Below, one piece after another: positions 1-10,029 of a stretch of 54,336 bases of DNA. Source of the DNA: a virus (taxonomy: Duplodnaviria > Caudoviricetes); IMG/VR virus record IMGVR_UViG_3300005663_000054, positions 1 to 54,336 of that record. One strand, written 5' to 3'. The notes under the pieces are model-generated. The model made no database searches. It was not told where the DNA came from and worked only from the letters and a program-made list of their open reading frames with translations. Each line of letters opens with the position of its first letter. Position 1 is the stretch's first letter. A program made the translations under genes and the position numbers.

Positions 1-1466
1 TTCATAAAGTTAGGCTGGGTGGGCATACAGTTCCACTGCCTAACGAAGGGGGCCTCAAGGAAGTCGGTGGTCGCACCGGACCCACCATGAGCATGTTTGA
101 AGATGCCCTGGTAGCCACCGGACCCACCGATGGGAGCAATGAACTCAACTTCCGTACCGAACCGGGAGTCAACCTTCGCACCCGGAATGCTCGGGGGAAC
201 GTACCGGGTGATCCCGCCGTTCTTCAGCTTGCCCGCGTACAAGGTCCCACTGTTCGCGTAGGTGGACGTGTAAATCTCACACGGCCTGGAGGCGAACCGA
301 TACCGAAACGACTCCCAACCCGCGTCCACCTCAAGGGCACGCCCATTGCGGTCATACCGGTAACGTCCGGGCTGGTCGGCAACGGCCGAGTTGTAGGTGT
401 CCAGGTTGTCAATGAAACCGATGAGAACGCCCATCGTGGTAATCGCAGCATCCAGCTTCTTGCCGGGGAACGACTCATAGAACTTGGCGAAGTGCCGGTT
501 CAGAGTGCTCTCCGTCAGAGCAGCATTGATAGCAGACGGCACGTAGCTCTTGAACTGCGAGTTGTCTGCAATCGTAATACCGAAGAAGTCGGTGACGGTG
601 GACCCATCAGCAATCCACGACTCCAGAGAGTTCGGAGCTACCCCAACCGAGTCCTTGATAACAATGATGTCATTGTCACCACCGGAACCGGCCCAGGTAA
701 CGCCCCCACCCAGGGTCGTAGTCGTCTGAAGAGAACCACCATCAACACGACGGAGCGTAATCGTATCAGCCAAGGGGTCTACGTTGTCAACAGCAACGTA
801 GAAGTTGGTGTTACGCTTAGTCGCACCAGTTGAATCATACAAGTCTACGAGCATACCGGCACGGAACCGGTGGACTCGACCACTTGCGTTTGTACCAGAG
901 AGATCAACCTCGACCGCAGCCGTGTCTCCCGACTTATTTGAGACGTTAGACGCGGTTGTACCAAGATCGCCGAGAGCAAAGTTGGTCGTATCGGTGCTAT
1001 AGAACACCGCCGCTTCCTGCTGAGCCAGAAGGTCACCCACCCCCTTGAGGTTTTGGGCAACCACTGACCCGATGCTCGCGTTCAGGCGATCCGCCCTGAG
1101 AATCTGATGAGGCAGGTAGAAGTTACCTCGGTGCTCCACAAGCTGAATGGTAGTCTGGATGAAGGCCGGAGCCGACACCTCGTCTACCGCCTGGAAGGAC
1201 TGAGGGGTATCATACATGGTGAAGTTGTTCGTACCCGAGACGACGTTACCGCCGACCGGAGACGTAAACTTAGCACCACCAGCCAACCCAGCAACCCAGG
1301 TCTTGAGGACGTTCCAACCCCGACCAATACCTCTATTCCTGACAACATTAGTCGAAGACCTGGCTATCATAGGATAAATGGGATCGAGAGCCCAGAGACT
1401 TTCAAAGATAGTTGGGACTATCTTTTGCTCTAGTGTTAATTGTACACTATCACTAATGGAGGCCAT
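1..1466 (-). CDS. Major capsid protein, 5' part; continues across the window junction to a stop at 54306 (~498 aa total)
   Basis: Absent from the ORF track because it has no stop in the window. ATG at 1466 gives MASISDSVQLTLEQKIVPTIFESLWALDPIYPM..., and both ends read in one frame. Follows portal and scaffold; size fits an HK97-fold MCP. Confidence 0.8.
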   Translation of the reverse strand, partial: MASISDSVQLTLEQKIVPTIFESLWALDPIYPMIARSSTNVVRNRGIGRGWNVLKTWVAGLAGGAKFTSPVGGNVVSGTNNFTMYDTPQSFQAVDEVSAPAFIQTTIQLVEHRGNFYLPHQILRADRLNASIGSVVAQNLKGVGDLLAQQEAAVFYSTDTTNFALGDLGTTASNVSNKSGDTAAVEVDLSGTNASGRVHRFRAGMLVDLYDSTGATKRNTNFYVAVDNVDPLADTITLRRVDGGSLQTTTTLGGGVTWAGSGGDNDIIVIKDSVGVAPNSLESWIADGSTVTDFFGITIADNSQFKSYVPSAINAALTESTLNRHFAKFYESFPGKKLDAAITTMGVLIGFIDNLDTYNSAVADQPGRYRYDRNGRALEVDAGWESFRYRFASRPCEIYTSTYANSGTLYAGKLKNGGITRYVPPSIPGAKVDSRFGTEVEFIAPIGGSGGYQGIFKHAHGGSGATTDFLEAPFVRQWNCMPTQPNFM

Positions 1467-1468
1467 AC

Positions 1469-1930
1469 TTAACTACTTTCCTTTCCTAGTCCAACAACCT
1501 TTGCCTTCTTCAGTTGCTTGGATAGTTCCTCACGCCGTTGAAGGTTAGCCTCCTCCAGTCTTTTCCTTCCCGGCGTCCTCATCAATACCCCAAATTCCAT
1601 AGCAAGGTCGGCCTGTTCACCTTTAACTACTAAGTCCTGCCTGACTGCCCGAAGAACTCGACAAACTTCCTGTCCATTGACAGTCCACTGATACGCTTGT
1701 CGATGCCTCTCCGGATTTCTCGGCTTAGCCATACGTTTAATGTTTCCTCCCCACAACTCCTGTAAGCGAGCTAACATACGCATGTCTGTATTACCAACAG
1801 TCAAACGCAAGGACCAAACCTTGCCAGTGCCCCTGGGATCAAGACGTTTCTGACCATAAGCTGAGATACAGCCCTCGCCGTCAATGATCCCGGCAGTCCA
1901 GCCTATTTGTGCAATTGTTGGGGACACCAT
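1469..1930 (-). CDS. Free-standing single-motif LAGLIDADG homing endonuclease
   Basis: Motif WTAGIIDGEGCI, then LxVGNTD and YQWTV..V..VL..V...LVVKGEQA. Probable start MVSPTIAQ at 1930 (the track starts at 1972). Confidence 0.85.
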   Translation of the reverse strand: MVSPTIAQIGWTAGIIDGEGCISAYGQKRLDPRGTGKVWSLRLTVGNTDMRMLARLQELWGGNIKRMAKPRNPERHRQAYQWTVNGQEVCRVLRAVRQDLVVKGEQADLAMEFGVLMRTPGRKRLEEANLQRREELSKQLKKAKVVGLGKESS

Positions 1931-1983
1931 CTGCACTCCATTTCCCATCCTATGTAGGTATAAATACCACATAGGACCGGTTT

Positions 1984-3021
1984 TTACTGTCCGCTTTGCT
2001 GAGCCTTGAAGAGGTTGTGAGCTAGTGTCTCACCAATGTGCTCTTCAAATCCGGCCTCAGTGGACGGTATATGGTCAGGCTGCTTTCGCGGGTAGATGTC
2101 TGCTCCGCTTTGGCCACCTGGTGCAGGTCCGAGTCCCATTTGGGGTGTCGAACGGTTCGGGGTACCGAGTGCTTCGAGGTGTTCCTTCACTTCAGGAACG
2201 ATCTCTCTCATTATCCGGGTCCCATCACCAAATTTACCATCAGAAGCGTCAAGTCGCCCTCTGACTTTGTCGTCAATCATACTACGAATGGCCGTCTGGC
2301 CTTTCTTATCGTAGCTACTCATATAATAGGACAGTACATCATCAGAGTCAAGTACATTCTGAATAATTTTATCAACCCTGATCTGCTCAGCATCACCAAT
2401 GACCGTTTGCAGGTCCTCAGAAAGGTCCCCAAAGCCCGTCTGCTTCCCCGTCAACTGCCCCTGTAATTTCTGTACCTGGGCTGACAGAGCTGCGAGCTGC
2501 TGTCCCACATTCCCACTGGCTGGATTTCCACCACCCTGTGGCTGATTATCATACAGGTCATTCTCGTCAAATCCTTCAGAGCCGGGAGAGGGTTCCTCGT
2601 TGCTCTCGTAGACGATACGAGCAGCCTCTTCGATCTCGCTTCCACTGAGGTTCATGGCAGCACCGGCCCTACGGAAGGCACTGATGTCCCCAGTCTCGGC
2701 TAGGAGGTCCATGTCCGCCTTGAAGTTGATGGCAGACTCAGCCTCCTTAGACTTGTCAGAGGCCTCCCGATATCGGTTTTCTGACGATACTCCCATCTGA
2801 GCCCTACGAACTAGCTCCTCGTGAGTGACCTGTTCCTCCTTTCCATCTGTAACCAACGTGGTAAGCTGTTGAGTATACGGATGGGGAGCACTCGCAAGCT
2901 GTGGCGGTACCGCCGAAGCTGGAATGTTCTGTACCGGGTTAGAGTCCTGTGCGTCTTGCGGCATCGGATACGGATTTACGCTTCCTACCGGTGCGTTTCC
3001 TGCTGGATTTGGATTTGGCAT
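1984..3021 (-). CDS. Capsid scaffolding protein
   Basis: Pro/Gln-rich N-terminus, scaffold-like LVTDGKEEQVTHEELVRRAQMG segment, helical and acidic; lies between portal and MCP. Confidence 0.7.
   Translation of the reverse strand: MPNPNPAGNAPVGSVNPYPMPQDAQDSNPVQNIPASAVPPQLASAPHPYTQQLTTLVTDGKEEQVTHEELVRRAQMGVSSENRYREASDKSKEAESAINFKADMDLLAETGDISAFRRAGAAMNLSGSEIEEAARIVYESNEEPSPGSEGFDENDLYDNQPQGGGNPASGNVGQQLAALSAQVQKLQGQLTGKQTGFGDLSEDLQTVIGDAEQIRVDKIIQNVLDSDDVLSYYMSSYDKKGQTAIRSMIDDKVRGRLDASDGKFGDGTRIMREIVPEVKEHLEALGTPNRSTPQMGLGPAPGGQSGADIYPRKQPDHIPSTEAGFEEHIGETLAHNLFKAQQSGQ
2323..2351 (-). promoter_or_regulatory. Possible internal sigma70-type promoter for LAGLIDADG and MCP
   Basis: TTGACT-17-TATTAT with CC before the -10, as in several other family members. 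Confidence 0.35.
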
Positions 3022-3382
3022 TTTCTCGTTCCTTTCGTTTCTTGTCTAAATGTCTCTGGTACTCGAGACTTACCGGTTTGAGGAATTTCACACCCTTTGG
3101 GAATGGACCCATATATGATGTGAATTCCGCCCAAATGTGTTCATCCTTATCACGTCTCTCCTGAGCTAACTCGGATGGAAATTTATGTGGATTTGGAGTG
3201 TGCCATGATCGTTTACACTTATTACAAAACCAGCACAGGTCCCCGGGCAAGGGCTCAAGGAAGAGATCATCCCAACATATATGATCCTCTACGTGGTCTA
3301 CATCACAGACCTCTACTTTCACTTCAACTACTGGCTCTGCCCTACGAAACCAGCTACAAATCGTCCTCCACCACTTTGTCAT
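2939..3382 (-). CDS. Hypothetical protein (Cys/His motifs, basic tail overlapping the scaffold start)
   Basis: 147 aa ORF in operon orientation with AGGAG/AAGG upstream. Confidence 0.55.
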   Translation of the reverse strand: MTKWWRTICSWFRRAEPVVEVKVEVCDVDHVEDHICWDDLFLEPLPGDLCWFCNKCKRSWHTPNPHKFPSELAQERRDKDEHIWAEFTSYMGPFPKGVKFLKPVSLEYQRHLDKKRKERENAKSKSSRKRTGRKRKSVSDAARRTGL

Positions 3383-3394
3383 TTCCTTTCTCCT

Positions 3395-3592
3395 TTAGAT
3401 TCCTCGCAAAACATAGGTATCGGCTGCTGCCTTACCCGTTAACCACCACACCCCAAAAGGCCCAAAGTTAATAGCACTCCTTCGGAATAACCATCCCCAA
3501 TCAAGGATGTCAATTCCAATCTTCAGCCTCAATTTCCTACTACACAAGGTCACGTCTACATATGATCCTTGTCTCTTTGCTTCAATTCTCAT
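3395..3592 (-). CDS. Hypothetical protein
   Basis: 65 aa, AGGAG RBS, fills the gap after the portal. Confidence 0.5.
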   Translation of the reverse strand: MRIEAKRQGSYVDVTLCSRKLRLKIGIDILDWGWLFRRSAINFGPFGVWWLTGKAAADTYVLRGI

Positions 3593-3605
3593 CGCTCTTC
3601 TCCTA

Positions 3606-5657
3606 TTAAGTCATCATTCCTGGAGCGACTCCCGGCGGAACTCCTGCCCCCTCAATTCCGGGACGCTGTTCGGCACCCATAGCCTGGGCTGCAATCTCTT
3701 CAGGCGGTCCAAGGCCTACTGGGAATACTCCAGTGAGAGTTTCAAGCATCATCTTCCACTCCTCAAACCGTCTACGCACTGGCTCCGCTGCCAACGCGAA
3801 CTCGATCTTGTTCATAAACTGCTGGACTGCCATCAACTGAATCTGTGGGTTCTGAGTATGCTCCCCAACCACCAGGGGTCCCGGAGTCTTCCCATCACGG
3901 AACAGTACGATGATCTGCCAGATAACCTTACGCCACGTCTCCCAGATTTCCTTGTTGGCACCCGGGAAGTCCAAGTTCTCCTCCAGGGCCGCAATCCAGA
4001 ACCTAGTTGGATCAACTAGCTGCATTCCAAAGAGTTCCTTCAGCTCCTCTTTCCGGACGCTCCTGTCCCGTGGGGTACGGTCTTTGACATTAACGTCCAC
4101 CTCCCACGGGTTAGGAATAGGATTGTCTGATAATTTCATGAGACCAGTCGTTGGATCAATAATGACACCCGCCACTGCGGCATCAATAGTGGCAAGCTCA
4201 ATTGTGTCCCCTGGTCCCAGTCTGTCCTTCGCAACTTGAAGCATACGGGAATATGCACCAGCAAGGGCATCAGCCATCCCGTGAGTCGGTAGGCCCAGGG
4301 CGATGTTACCCGTATTGAATAGAAATCCGAGTCCGGCAGCAGAGTCAACACGTCCACTTGTTTCTCCTTGATAGTATGGACCCTGGTTGGCCAGACGCTG
4401 CATCTGTGCAAGAGCTATCTCCGCAATCTTTGCCGGCATCGTGCCAGTATTGTGGGGTCCGAGGGTAAACGGCTGTCCACCCGGGTTCAACGGATCGGGA
4501 TCAAACTTCTCTACCTTTGGCCTTATTCCAGTACGCCATCTTTTAAGATCAATACCCGATGCCCCGGGGATAAATAGGGTTCCGAATGTATCAAGCTCTC
4601 GGATGTTCTTGAAGAGGGACTGGAACATCTTCTCACACTGGTCGTTGAAGGGAATAAGGGGATGTACGAATCCGCGAGCAAACATGCGACCAATGTCAGT
4701 ATGGCGAGCAACATGAAGAGGGCATACGGCCTTAATACCCTTCTTCTCGAAGTCTTCGTCAACGAGGATAACGTCCCCGATCTTGACGATCCATCGGGAG
4801 ACGAACTCTTGGGAGTCATCGTAGACATAAATCTCCTCCAACCTAACGTAGGCCCTACCGTCCTTCTTAGAACTACTCTTCTTATCGTCGTACTGTGTAC
4901 CCAGCAGGTCCTCTCTCCGCACCTGTCCTGCACTGCCGGGGTCATACCCATGTGGAGAGATTCGATCGTAACTCTGCTGGCCGGGAGGAGTTGCTCCCCA
5001 CGGGACTGTCTCGGCACGGAGTCTAGTCCACGGGTCCTCCTTCAGCTTAACGTCGTGAACAGCCTTCATACGATCTATGGCCCAGTCCATGGGAACCCAC
5101 CGCACACGAGCGATACCCATCAGGTTGCCAATACCATCCACATACGCCGGGAACCCTCGCAGCTCGCGGGCCGGAACCACCTCGATCATGTCAGGCATGT
5201 CGGGATCGCCGGTCTCATAGTGGGAAATTCCCACCGTCCCATACTTGAGGAAAGGTATAATCACCCTCCTCTTGAACTTCTCTCTTGGAATCCGAGCGAA
5301 GAGGGAAGCAAGGGCCGCATTGGCTATAGACGCCTTACGAAGAGAGTCCAACGATTCACCCTTCTTCTCAGCCGTAGGCGAGATGTCCATCTTCATGTAC
5401 CGACCACACTCGGTAAGGAATTGACGAACGATCTCCTCAAACCGCATGTCAATCTCACCCTTACTGTTCTCCCACGCGATTGAGACGTGCCCACTCCATC
5501 GGTCCATCACCTTGAACTTCCGGACACCGGCCAGATAAGCGTCAATGATCTTCCACGTTACAAGATGGACGTTCATTTCAGTTTCGCCCGGTTGTAACTC
5601 TCTCTCGATCGCGTCAGTCAATTCATCTTTATCTGTAGGAAGCTGAAGTCTCGCCAT
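3606..5657 (-). CDS. Portal protein
   Basis: 683 aa, downstream of TerL. Portal-like segments (FLKYGTVGI, GRMFARGFVHPLIPFNDQ, GETSGRVDSAAGL) and a Gln/Pro/Gly tail. Confidence 0.8.
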   Translation of the reverse strand: MARLQLPTDKDELTDAIERELQPGETEMNVHLVTWKIIDAYLAGVRKFKVMDRWSGHVSIAWENSKGEIDMRFEEIVRQFLTECGRYMKMDISPTAEKKGESLDSLRKASIANAALASLFARIPREKFKRRVIIPFLKYGTVGISHYETGDPDMPDMIEVVPARELRGFPAYVDGIGNLMGIARVRWVPMDWAIDRMKAVHDVKLKEDPWTRLRAETVPWGATPPGQQSYDRISPHGYDPGSAGQVRREDLLGTQYDDKKSSSKKDGRAYVRLEEIYVYDDSQEFVSRWIVKIGDVILVDEDFEKKGIKAVCPLHVARHTDIGRMFARGFVHPLIPFNDQCEKMFQSLFKNIRELDTFGTLFIPGASGIDLKRWRTGIRPKVEKFDPDPLNPGGQPFTLGPHNTGTMPAKIAEIALAQMQRLANQGPYYQGETSGRVDSAAGLGFLFNTGNIALGLPTHGMADALAGAYSRMLQVAKDRLGPGDTIELATIDAAVAGVIIDPTTGLMKLSDNPIPNPWEVDVNVKDRTPRDRSVRKEELKELFGMQLVDPTRFWIAALEENLDFPGANKEIWETWRKVIWQIIVLFRDGKTPGPLVVGEHTQNPQIQLMAVQQFMNKIEFALAAEPVRRRFEEWKMMLETLTGVFPVGLGPPEEIAAQAMGAEQRPGIEGAGVPPGVAPGMMT

Positions 5658-5661
5658 ATTT

Positions 5662-6075
5662 CTACCCTCTCACATCCATCGCGTCGCATCCCGGTGGGGG
5701 CCAAACATCTTCCGGTGTCTCTTCCTCTTCCGTCCAGGAGTTCTGATCCGAGAAGTTACTCTCTATCCTAGCCTGGGACCTATGGATAACAGCATCTTGA
5801 GACTGCCCCCGGTTTACCATAGACATCTCAATCAACCGGTCTACCAGCTTACCAGAGTCCACCTGGGAAGCAGCCAATTTATCAAGCCGGGAGAGAACCC
5901 TGTCTTCCGACTCGTTAATATGCCCTTCTAACTGTACCATTTCTTTCATTAGGTGTAGTAGTTGATCCAACTGCTTGCCAAGCTCTAACTGCTTAACGGA
6001 CAGCACTCCCAGTGCTTCCATGTGACCCTTGTTCCAGTCACTCATTTCTTGAAGACGCAGGTCTAGTTTATTCAT
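5662..6075 (-). CDS. Hypothetical coiled-coil protein
   Basis: Start MNKLDLRL at 6075 with AGGAGG RBS; between TerL and portal. Confidence 0.6.
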   Translation of the reverse strand: MNKLDLRLQEMSDWNKGHMEALGVLSVKQLELGKQLDQLLHLMKEMVQLEGHINESEDRVLSRLDKLAASQVDSGKLVDRLIEMSMVNRGQSQDAVIHRSQARIESNFSDQNSWTEEEETPEDVWPPPGCDAMDVRG

Positions 6076-6085
6076 TGCTCTCCTC

Positions 6086-7975
6086 CTATCCGTAGTTAAT
6101 CCAATCTGGTTCCGGCTCATAATCCGGCTCGTTAGTCTCTTCCCACCGACGCTGGAACATCTCTTCCAAGACATCATCCGGTATGTCGGCCGCATTGATA
6201 CCACTCATCACACCGATGCCCGACTCATAATGATAGTCCCCCTCCTTCAGCATCTGAATAGGGTTCCTGGCCATGTGGGTATCCGGCCCAGCAGGCATGG
6301 AGTGCCCAAACAGACCCTTAGCATTGACCATAGCCAGAGTATCAATCGCGTCATCAAAACGCAGCAGAGCCAAGTCCTCAGTAAAGTTCTCAATCTGGTA
6401 CCACAGATCGCTGTAAGGCCTCTCCCGGCTTCGATCCAGTGGGAGTTTTAACCTAAACTGTACGAACCTCCAGTGCAGACCCGCAATCTTGTCCGTCTTC
6501 TTGTAGCTCGTAGGAAACTTCACCTCCAGAACTCGTGGAGGTACCTCGCCCTGGCCGTATAAAGCCGGGAGATCATGGGGTAGCCTCTTGGCCAACTCCA
6601 TCTGCACTGGGTATGCTTCTACTGCAACGAGCGGAACTTGCCACTTGATAGCCATAAGATACGCACGTCGGATCACCTCCTCTGTGGGTTTCTTGTCTAG
6701 CCAAAGATCGAGAGACCACAAGGTATCCCGATAGTGTTCAGAGTTCTCTATCGCCATTACGTGGATGCACGAAAAGTCCGAAGTCTCCGAAGTCGTAGGT
6801 GCCCAGTCGATTGTAATGAATCGTCGCATATTAGAGATAGCTTCCCCAAAAGGACGGACGATGGGTCGGGGGAGAGGCACAGGTTCGTCCAGCGTACTTT
6901 CCCAACCGGCCAATTGGTGCGAGACCATCTTGGCTTGGGAATTGAGGGGATCATTAGCGTAAGTACCATCTTTATCCTCTATCCAGTAGGTGTTGAGTTC
7001 CGGATGGATACGTAGGATACGCTCTGCCTCCGTTACCGGATTATTCTCGTACTGAGCTGCATAAGCGGCAGGACCCATACGACGCTTCTGGACTACTTGC
7101 CACTCCTGTCCCATCTTCTCAGGCCACTCGTCTACCGTCTTACCATCCTTATCTTGATATGTTACAGCGTGGAATATCTTCTTCCAATCATCAATTCGTG
7201 AGTCTTCGGTAGAGTGGAGCCAATAAATGAAAGTACGCCGGGAGAGGAGGGTTCCTATGATTCGTATCTTAACATCAAAGTTATCCGCCATCGGATATAT
7301 GACATTGAAGAAGAAGGACTGGAACCCCTTGATATTCTCAGAGGGTACCAGTATGAGGCTATCATCCTTCTCCACGTCATCGAAGTATATCTCATGGGGA
7401 CGCTTACCAAGAGCAGCTCCCATTATAGGCATACCCGTAATCATAGCCCCATTCCGGAGCTTTATCTGAGAGTGGTTCCAGATTCCACCTTGAGACTTAC
7501 TAGGCTTCAACTTTCCAAAGTCATCTATGATTAGTGAGTTGTCATCTATTTGTGACATGAAGTCATCGAAGGTGGTAGTGATAAAGTCCTGCTTAGCCAG
7601 GAACATCACCGACTCCCAGTGTGGTCGTGCTACCACCTTACGCAATATGTTTTCCTTCACCAAGGTGGACTTAGCCGCTGACCTCGGAGCCGCCGTCACT
7701 GAGAGCTGCGAGTTTTCCCAATGGTAGAGCCATCGGTAGTGCATATCTGGAGAACGGTGAGTTCCATGCTTGTAGAAGGGACCACGTCCAGACGTAGCCG
7801 TCGGAAAGAGGTAGTGCTCTCGGAAGAATGCCCATGAGGCTACTTCCAAGTCCGGCCGCCCCTCTAGACGCACCGCATTCACCCTAGCCAGCTTCATACC
7901 TCCACTGTCCAACGTAGGATAATCCGCCGGTAGAGGCCAGTAGGGGTTATTTCGTTTTGAAAAGGCTACGGCCAT
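6086..7975 (-). CDS. terL: Terminase large subunit
   Basis: Walker A APRSAAKST, Walker B IYFDDVE, coupling motif IIGT, AQYENNP, RNase H-like FITIDWA..SDFS, C-terminal DDAIDTLA. Start MAVAFSK at 7975 (TAATG overlap). Confidence 0.93.
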   Translation of the reverse strand: MAVAFSKRNNPYWPLPADYPTLDSGGMKLARVNAVRLEGRPDLEVASWAFFREHYLFPTATSGRGPFYKHGTHRSPDMHYRWLYHWENSQLSVTAAPRSAAKSTLVKENILRKVVARPHWESVMFLAKQDFITTTFDDFMSQIDDNSLIIDDFGKLKPSKSQGGIWNHSQIKLRNGAMITGMPIMGAALGKRPHEIYFDDVEKDDSLILVPSENIKGFQSFFFNVIYPMADNFDVKIRIIGTLLSRRTFIYWLHSTEDSRIDDWKKIFHAVTYQDKDGKTVDEWPEKMGQEWQVVQKRRMGPAAYAAQYENNPVTEAERILRIHPELNTYWIEDKDGTYANDPLNSQAKMVSHQLAGWESTLDEPVPLPRPIVRPFGEAISNMRRFITIDWAPTTSETSDFSCIHVMAIENSEHYRDTLWSLDLWLDKKPTEEVIRRAYLMAIKWQVPLVAVEAYPVQMELAKRLPHDLPALYGQGEVPPRVLEVKFPTSYKKTDKIAGLHWRFVQFRLKLPLDRSRERPYSDLWYQIENFTEDLALLRFDDAIDTLAMVNAKGLFGHSMPAGPDTHMARNPIQMLKEGDYHYESGIGVMSGINAADIPDDVLEEMFQRRWEETNEPDYEPEPDWINYG

Positions 7976-8133
7976 TATGTATTGGGTTGCGTACCAAAGT
8001 CTGCACACTCATTACATAAATGCAATACGCCAAACTTTATTTGCACAGAATCATTCTCACATCCTGTAATACACCACTCACATCCACCACATTCACAGAC
8101 GGGCTGCTCTTTTGTATTTTCTTCCGTGTCCAT
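7975..8133 (-). CDS. Small Cys-rich protein (52 aa)
   Basis: Read by hand: MDTEENTKEQPVCECGGCEWCITGC...LCNECADFGTQPNT; abuts both neighbours. Confidence 0.55.
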   Translation of the reverse strand: MDTEENTKEQPVCECGGCEWCITGCENDSVQIKFGVLHLCNECADFGTQPNT

Positions 8134-8379
8134 CTACTCAGCCTTCCTCCATACTAGGGCTACTGTCCCCGTTGGTAGATCACCTCGGGAACCTAACGGA
8201 ATAACTAGGTAATCCTTCTGTCCTATGGTCAGGATAACTTCTGCAACATCAAGGTCTTTGTTCTTAGCGATATCATCCCAACTCACCTTATCAATTCCAA
8301 TAGCAAACCTCTCGGGATCAACCTTACCGCTCTCTGCCCACAGGTAGTTTAGAGCCGACTTAATCGTGTCCTCAACCAT
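8134..8379 (-). CDS. Hypothetical protein
   Basis: Start MVEDTIKS with TGATG coupling to the upstream stop. Confidence 0.55.
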   Translation of the reverse strand: MVEDTIKSALNYLWAESGKVDPERFAIGIDKVSWDDIAKNKDLDVAEVILTIGQKDYLVIPLGSRGDLPTGTVALVWRKAE

Positions 8380-9587
8380 CAGACTTCTATAAGAGCAAGT
8401 GAGAGAAACCCAGCAGTCGCTACAATAAAGGCCCCCATTACATGGGCCGCCACTAAGTGACCATTCTGGAACTTGACAACCTTCCCGCATAAACTAGCAA
8501 TGAAGATCGGGTCCGTAATCATCGCTTGGAATCTCTCGTTGAACGGGTCCTGGAACTCCTTCGGCCAGGTATTGTAGCTTAGGTTCTTGTTGCAGGAACC
8601 GGCTATGAACTGTCTCCAGAACTTGTGGGGGTCCTTAGACTTCAGCCAGTCGGTCACCTGGTCCGTAAGAATCTGCTGACGCCCCAACCGCTTCTGATCT
8701 GCCGCGTCCTCCTGTGGCTCCTCCTCCTCTACAAGAACAGATACGTCCAAGCCGGGAGAGCTTTCTTCTGTGAGCCGGAACCGATCGAAGTTCTCCACTA
8801 CCGGGCCGGGCGTACCTACGGGGCCATAAGACATATTAGGGGTTGGGCAAGTCTTGCGTTCGGTGTAGACTATCTTCCCTTTGACCTCGATGGCATCATA
8901 GTACTTTTCCGGTATCTCGTTTAGGTCAGGTACGGTTCGATCCCTCTCAAGCTGTTCCATACTAGTCGGAATCAGGGGTTTCGTCTCCTGGGAAACCGGA
9001 GGCGGCGTCACTGGGGGAGAGGAATCGGGCACGGATTCTTGGGTCGGAAGTCCCTGTGTCGGAGGTCCCGTCGGGGGGTCTAGGAGTGCCAACTGTTGGA
9101 CATTCCTCTCCGCTGATATGGGGTTCTGGCCCAGAAGTAGAGGCTCTGCGACGGGCTTCACCGGGGGTGTAAGGAGTTGTCCTACGTTGCCCCGTGCGAA
9201 GGGTTCCATGGTTGGTTTCTGTTGACTCTGGATGAACTGAGACATCACTAATGCCAGTTGGCTGACATTGTCGCTGATCTGTGACACCTTCTGCTCCAGA
9301 CCCACTACTCTCCCGGCTTCCTCCAGATTTGATGGTAGTCCCTTGGCTTCGTTCATTCTCTGCTCCTCCAATTGTTGTTTGGTCATCATCTTGGCCTTTC
9401 CCCGGTGTATTGACTGGGTCGGGCCGTTCTGTGCCATGTACTGCATCCCGAGGGCGAGTCCATGGTTCACTTCTTCCACTCCCTGCTCCTCCACCATTGA
9501 GTCCACATGTCCCATTCTGTGAGAGGATATGTCCCCCGCTGTTGGGGCGTTCTGGATTCGAAACATCTGCTCTTGTTCTGGAGTCAC
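8379..9587 (-). CDS. Hypothetical protein, Pro-rich centre and hydrophobic C-terminus
   Basis: 402 aa, GGAGG RBS before GTG; C-terminal VMGAFIVATAGFLSLALI may be a membrane anchor. Confidence 0.65.
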   Translation of the reverse strand: MTPEQEQMFRIQNAPTAGDISSHRMGHVDSMVEEQGVEEVNHGLALGMQYMAQNGPTQSIHRGKAKMMTKQQLEEQRMNEAKGLPSNLEEAGRVVGLEQKVSQISDNVSQLALVMSQFIQSQQKPTMEPFARGNVGQLLTPPVKPVAEPLLLGQNPISAERNVQQLALLDPPTGPPTQGLPTQESVPDSSPPVTPPPVSQETKPLIPTSMEQLERDRTVPDLNEIPEKYYDAIEVKGKIVYTERKTCPTPNMSYGPVGTPGPVVENFDRFRLTEESSPGLDVSVLVEEEEPQEDAADQKRLGRQQILTDQVTDWLKSKDPHKFWRQFIAGSCNKNLSYNTWPKEFQDPFNERFQAMITDPIFIASLCGKVVKFQNGHLVAAHVMGAFIVATAGFLSLALIEV

Positions 9588-10029
9588 TTGTTACCTCCGT
9601 TGGGTCAACGTCTATGATCTCTGTCGTTCTGCTTCCTGCCTCTAGTAGCTCCAGAGTTGACAGTGTCCGGGCAGCACCATCCTTAATGAGCTGGAGGCCA
9701 TCTGCCGTCAGTGTCTTCTTGGTCTCTCCATCGTCCTGTACTGACTCAAGAGAGATACGACGGATGATACCATGAAGCTGTAGGGCCTTCTCTGACTTAT
9801 CGTCCAGCATACGGACGGCTTTCATCCGCTCACTGGCCGTATTGTTTACAGTATCTCGGGCTATCGTTGCGAGGATTTCTATCGCTTGAGACGAGTCCCA
9901 GCCATTATCATATAGGGCTTCCCCAATGCTGGTAGGATCAAAAAGCGACTCGGCATAGGCCTGCGGTCCAACGCCATCGGGGTCCTTTCTTATGATTGCC
10001 GTATTAGCCACGATTTTTTTACTTTCCAC
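8962..10029 (-). CDS. Putative terminase small subunit with a long C-terminal overlap
   Basis: First ~145 aa helical with ASERMKAVRML (TerS-like) and EIIDVDP, upstream of TerL. The frame stays open 626 nt into the next gene. Confidence 0.45.
   Translation of the reverse strand: MESKKIVANTAIIRKDPDGVGPQAYAESLFDPTSIGEALYDNGWDSSQAIEILATIARDTVNNTASERMKAVRMLDDKSEKALQLHGIIRRISLESVQDDGETKKTLTADGLQLIKDGAARTLSTLELLEAGSRTTEIIDVDPTEVTSDSRTRADVSNPERPNSGGHILSQNGTCGLNGGGAGSGRSEPWTRPRDAVHGTERPDPVNTPGKGQDDDQTTIGGAENERSQGTTIKSGGSRESSGSGAEGVTDQRQCQPTGISDVSVHPESTETNHGTLRTGQRRTTPYTPGEARRRASTSGPEPHISGEECPTVGTPRPPDGTSDTGTSDPRIRARFLSPSDAASGFPGDETPDSD

Noticed and set aside
87-1433. Plus-strand ORFs 87..833 and 1107..1433
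   Set aside because: Antisense shadows of the major capsid gene; no motifs or RBS context.
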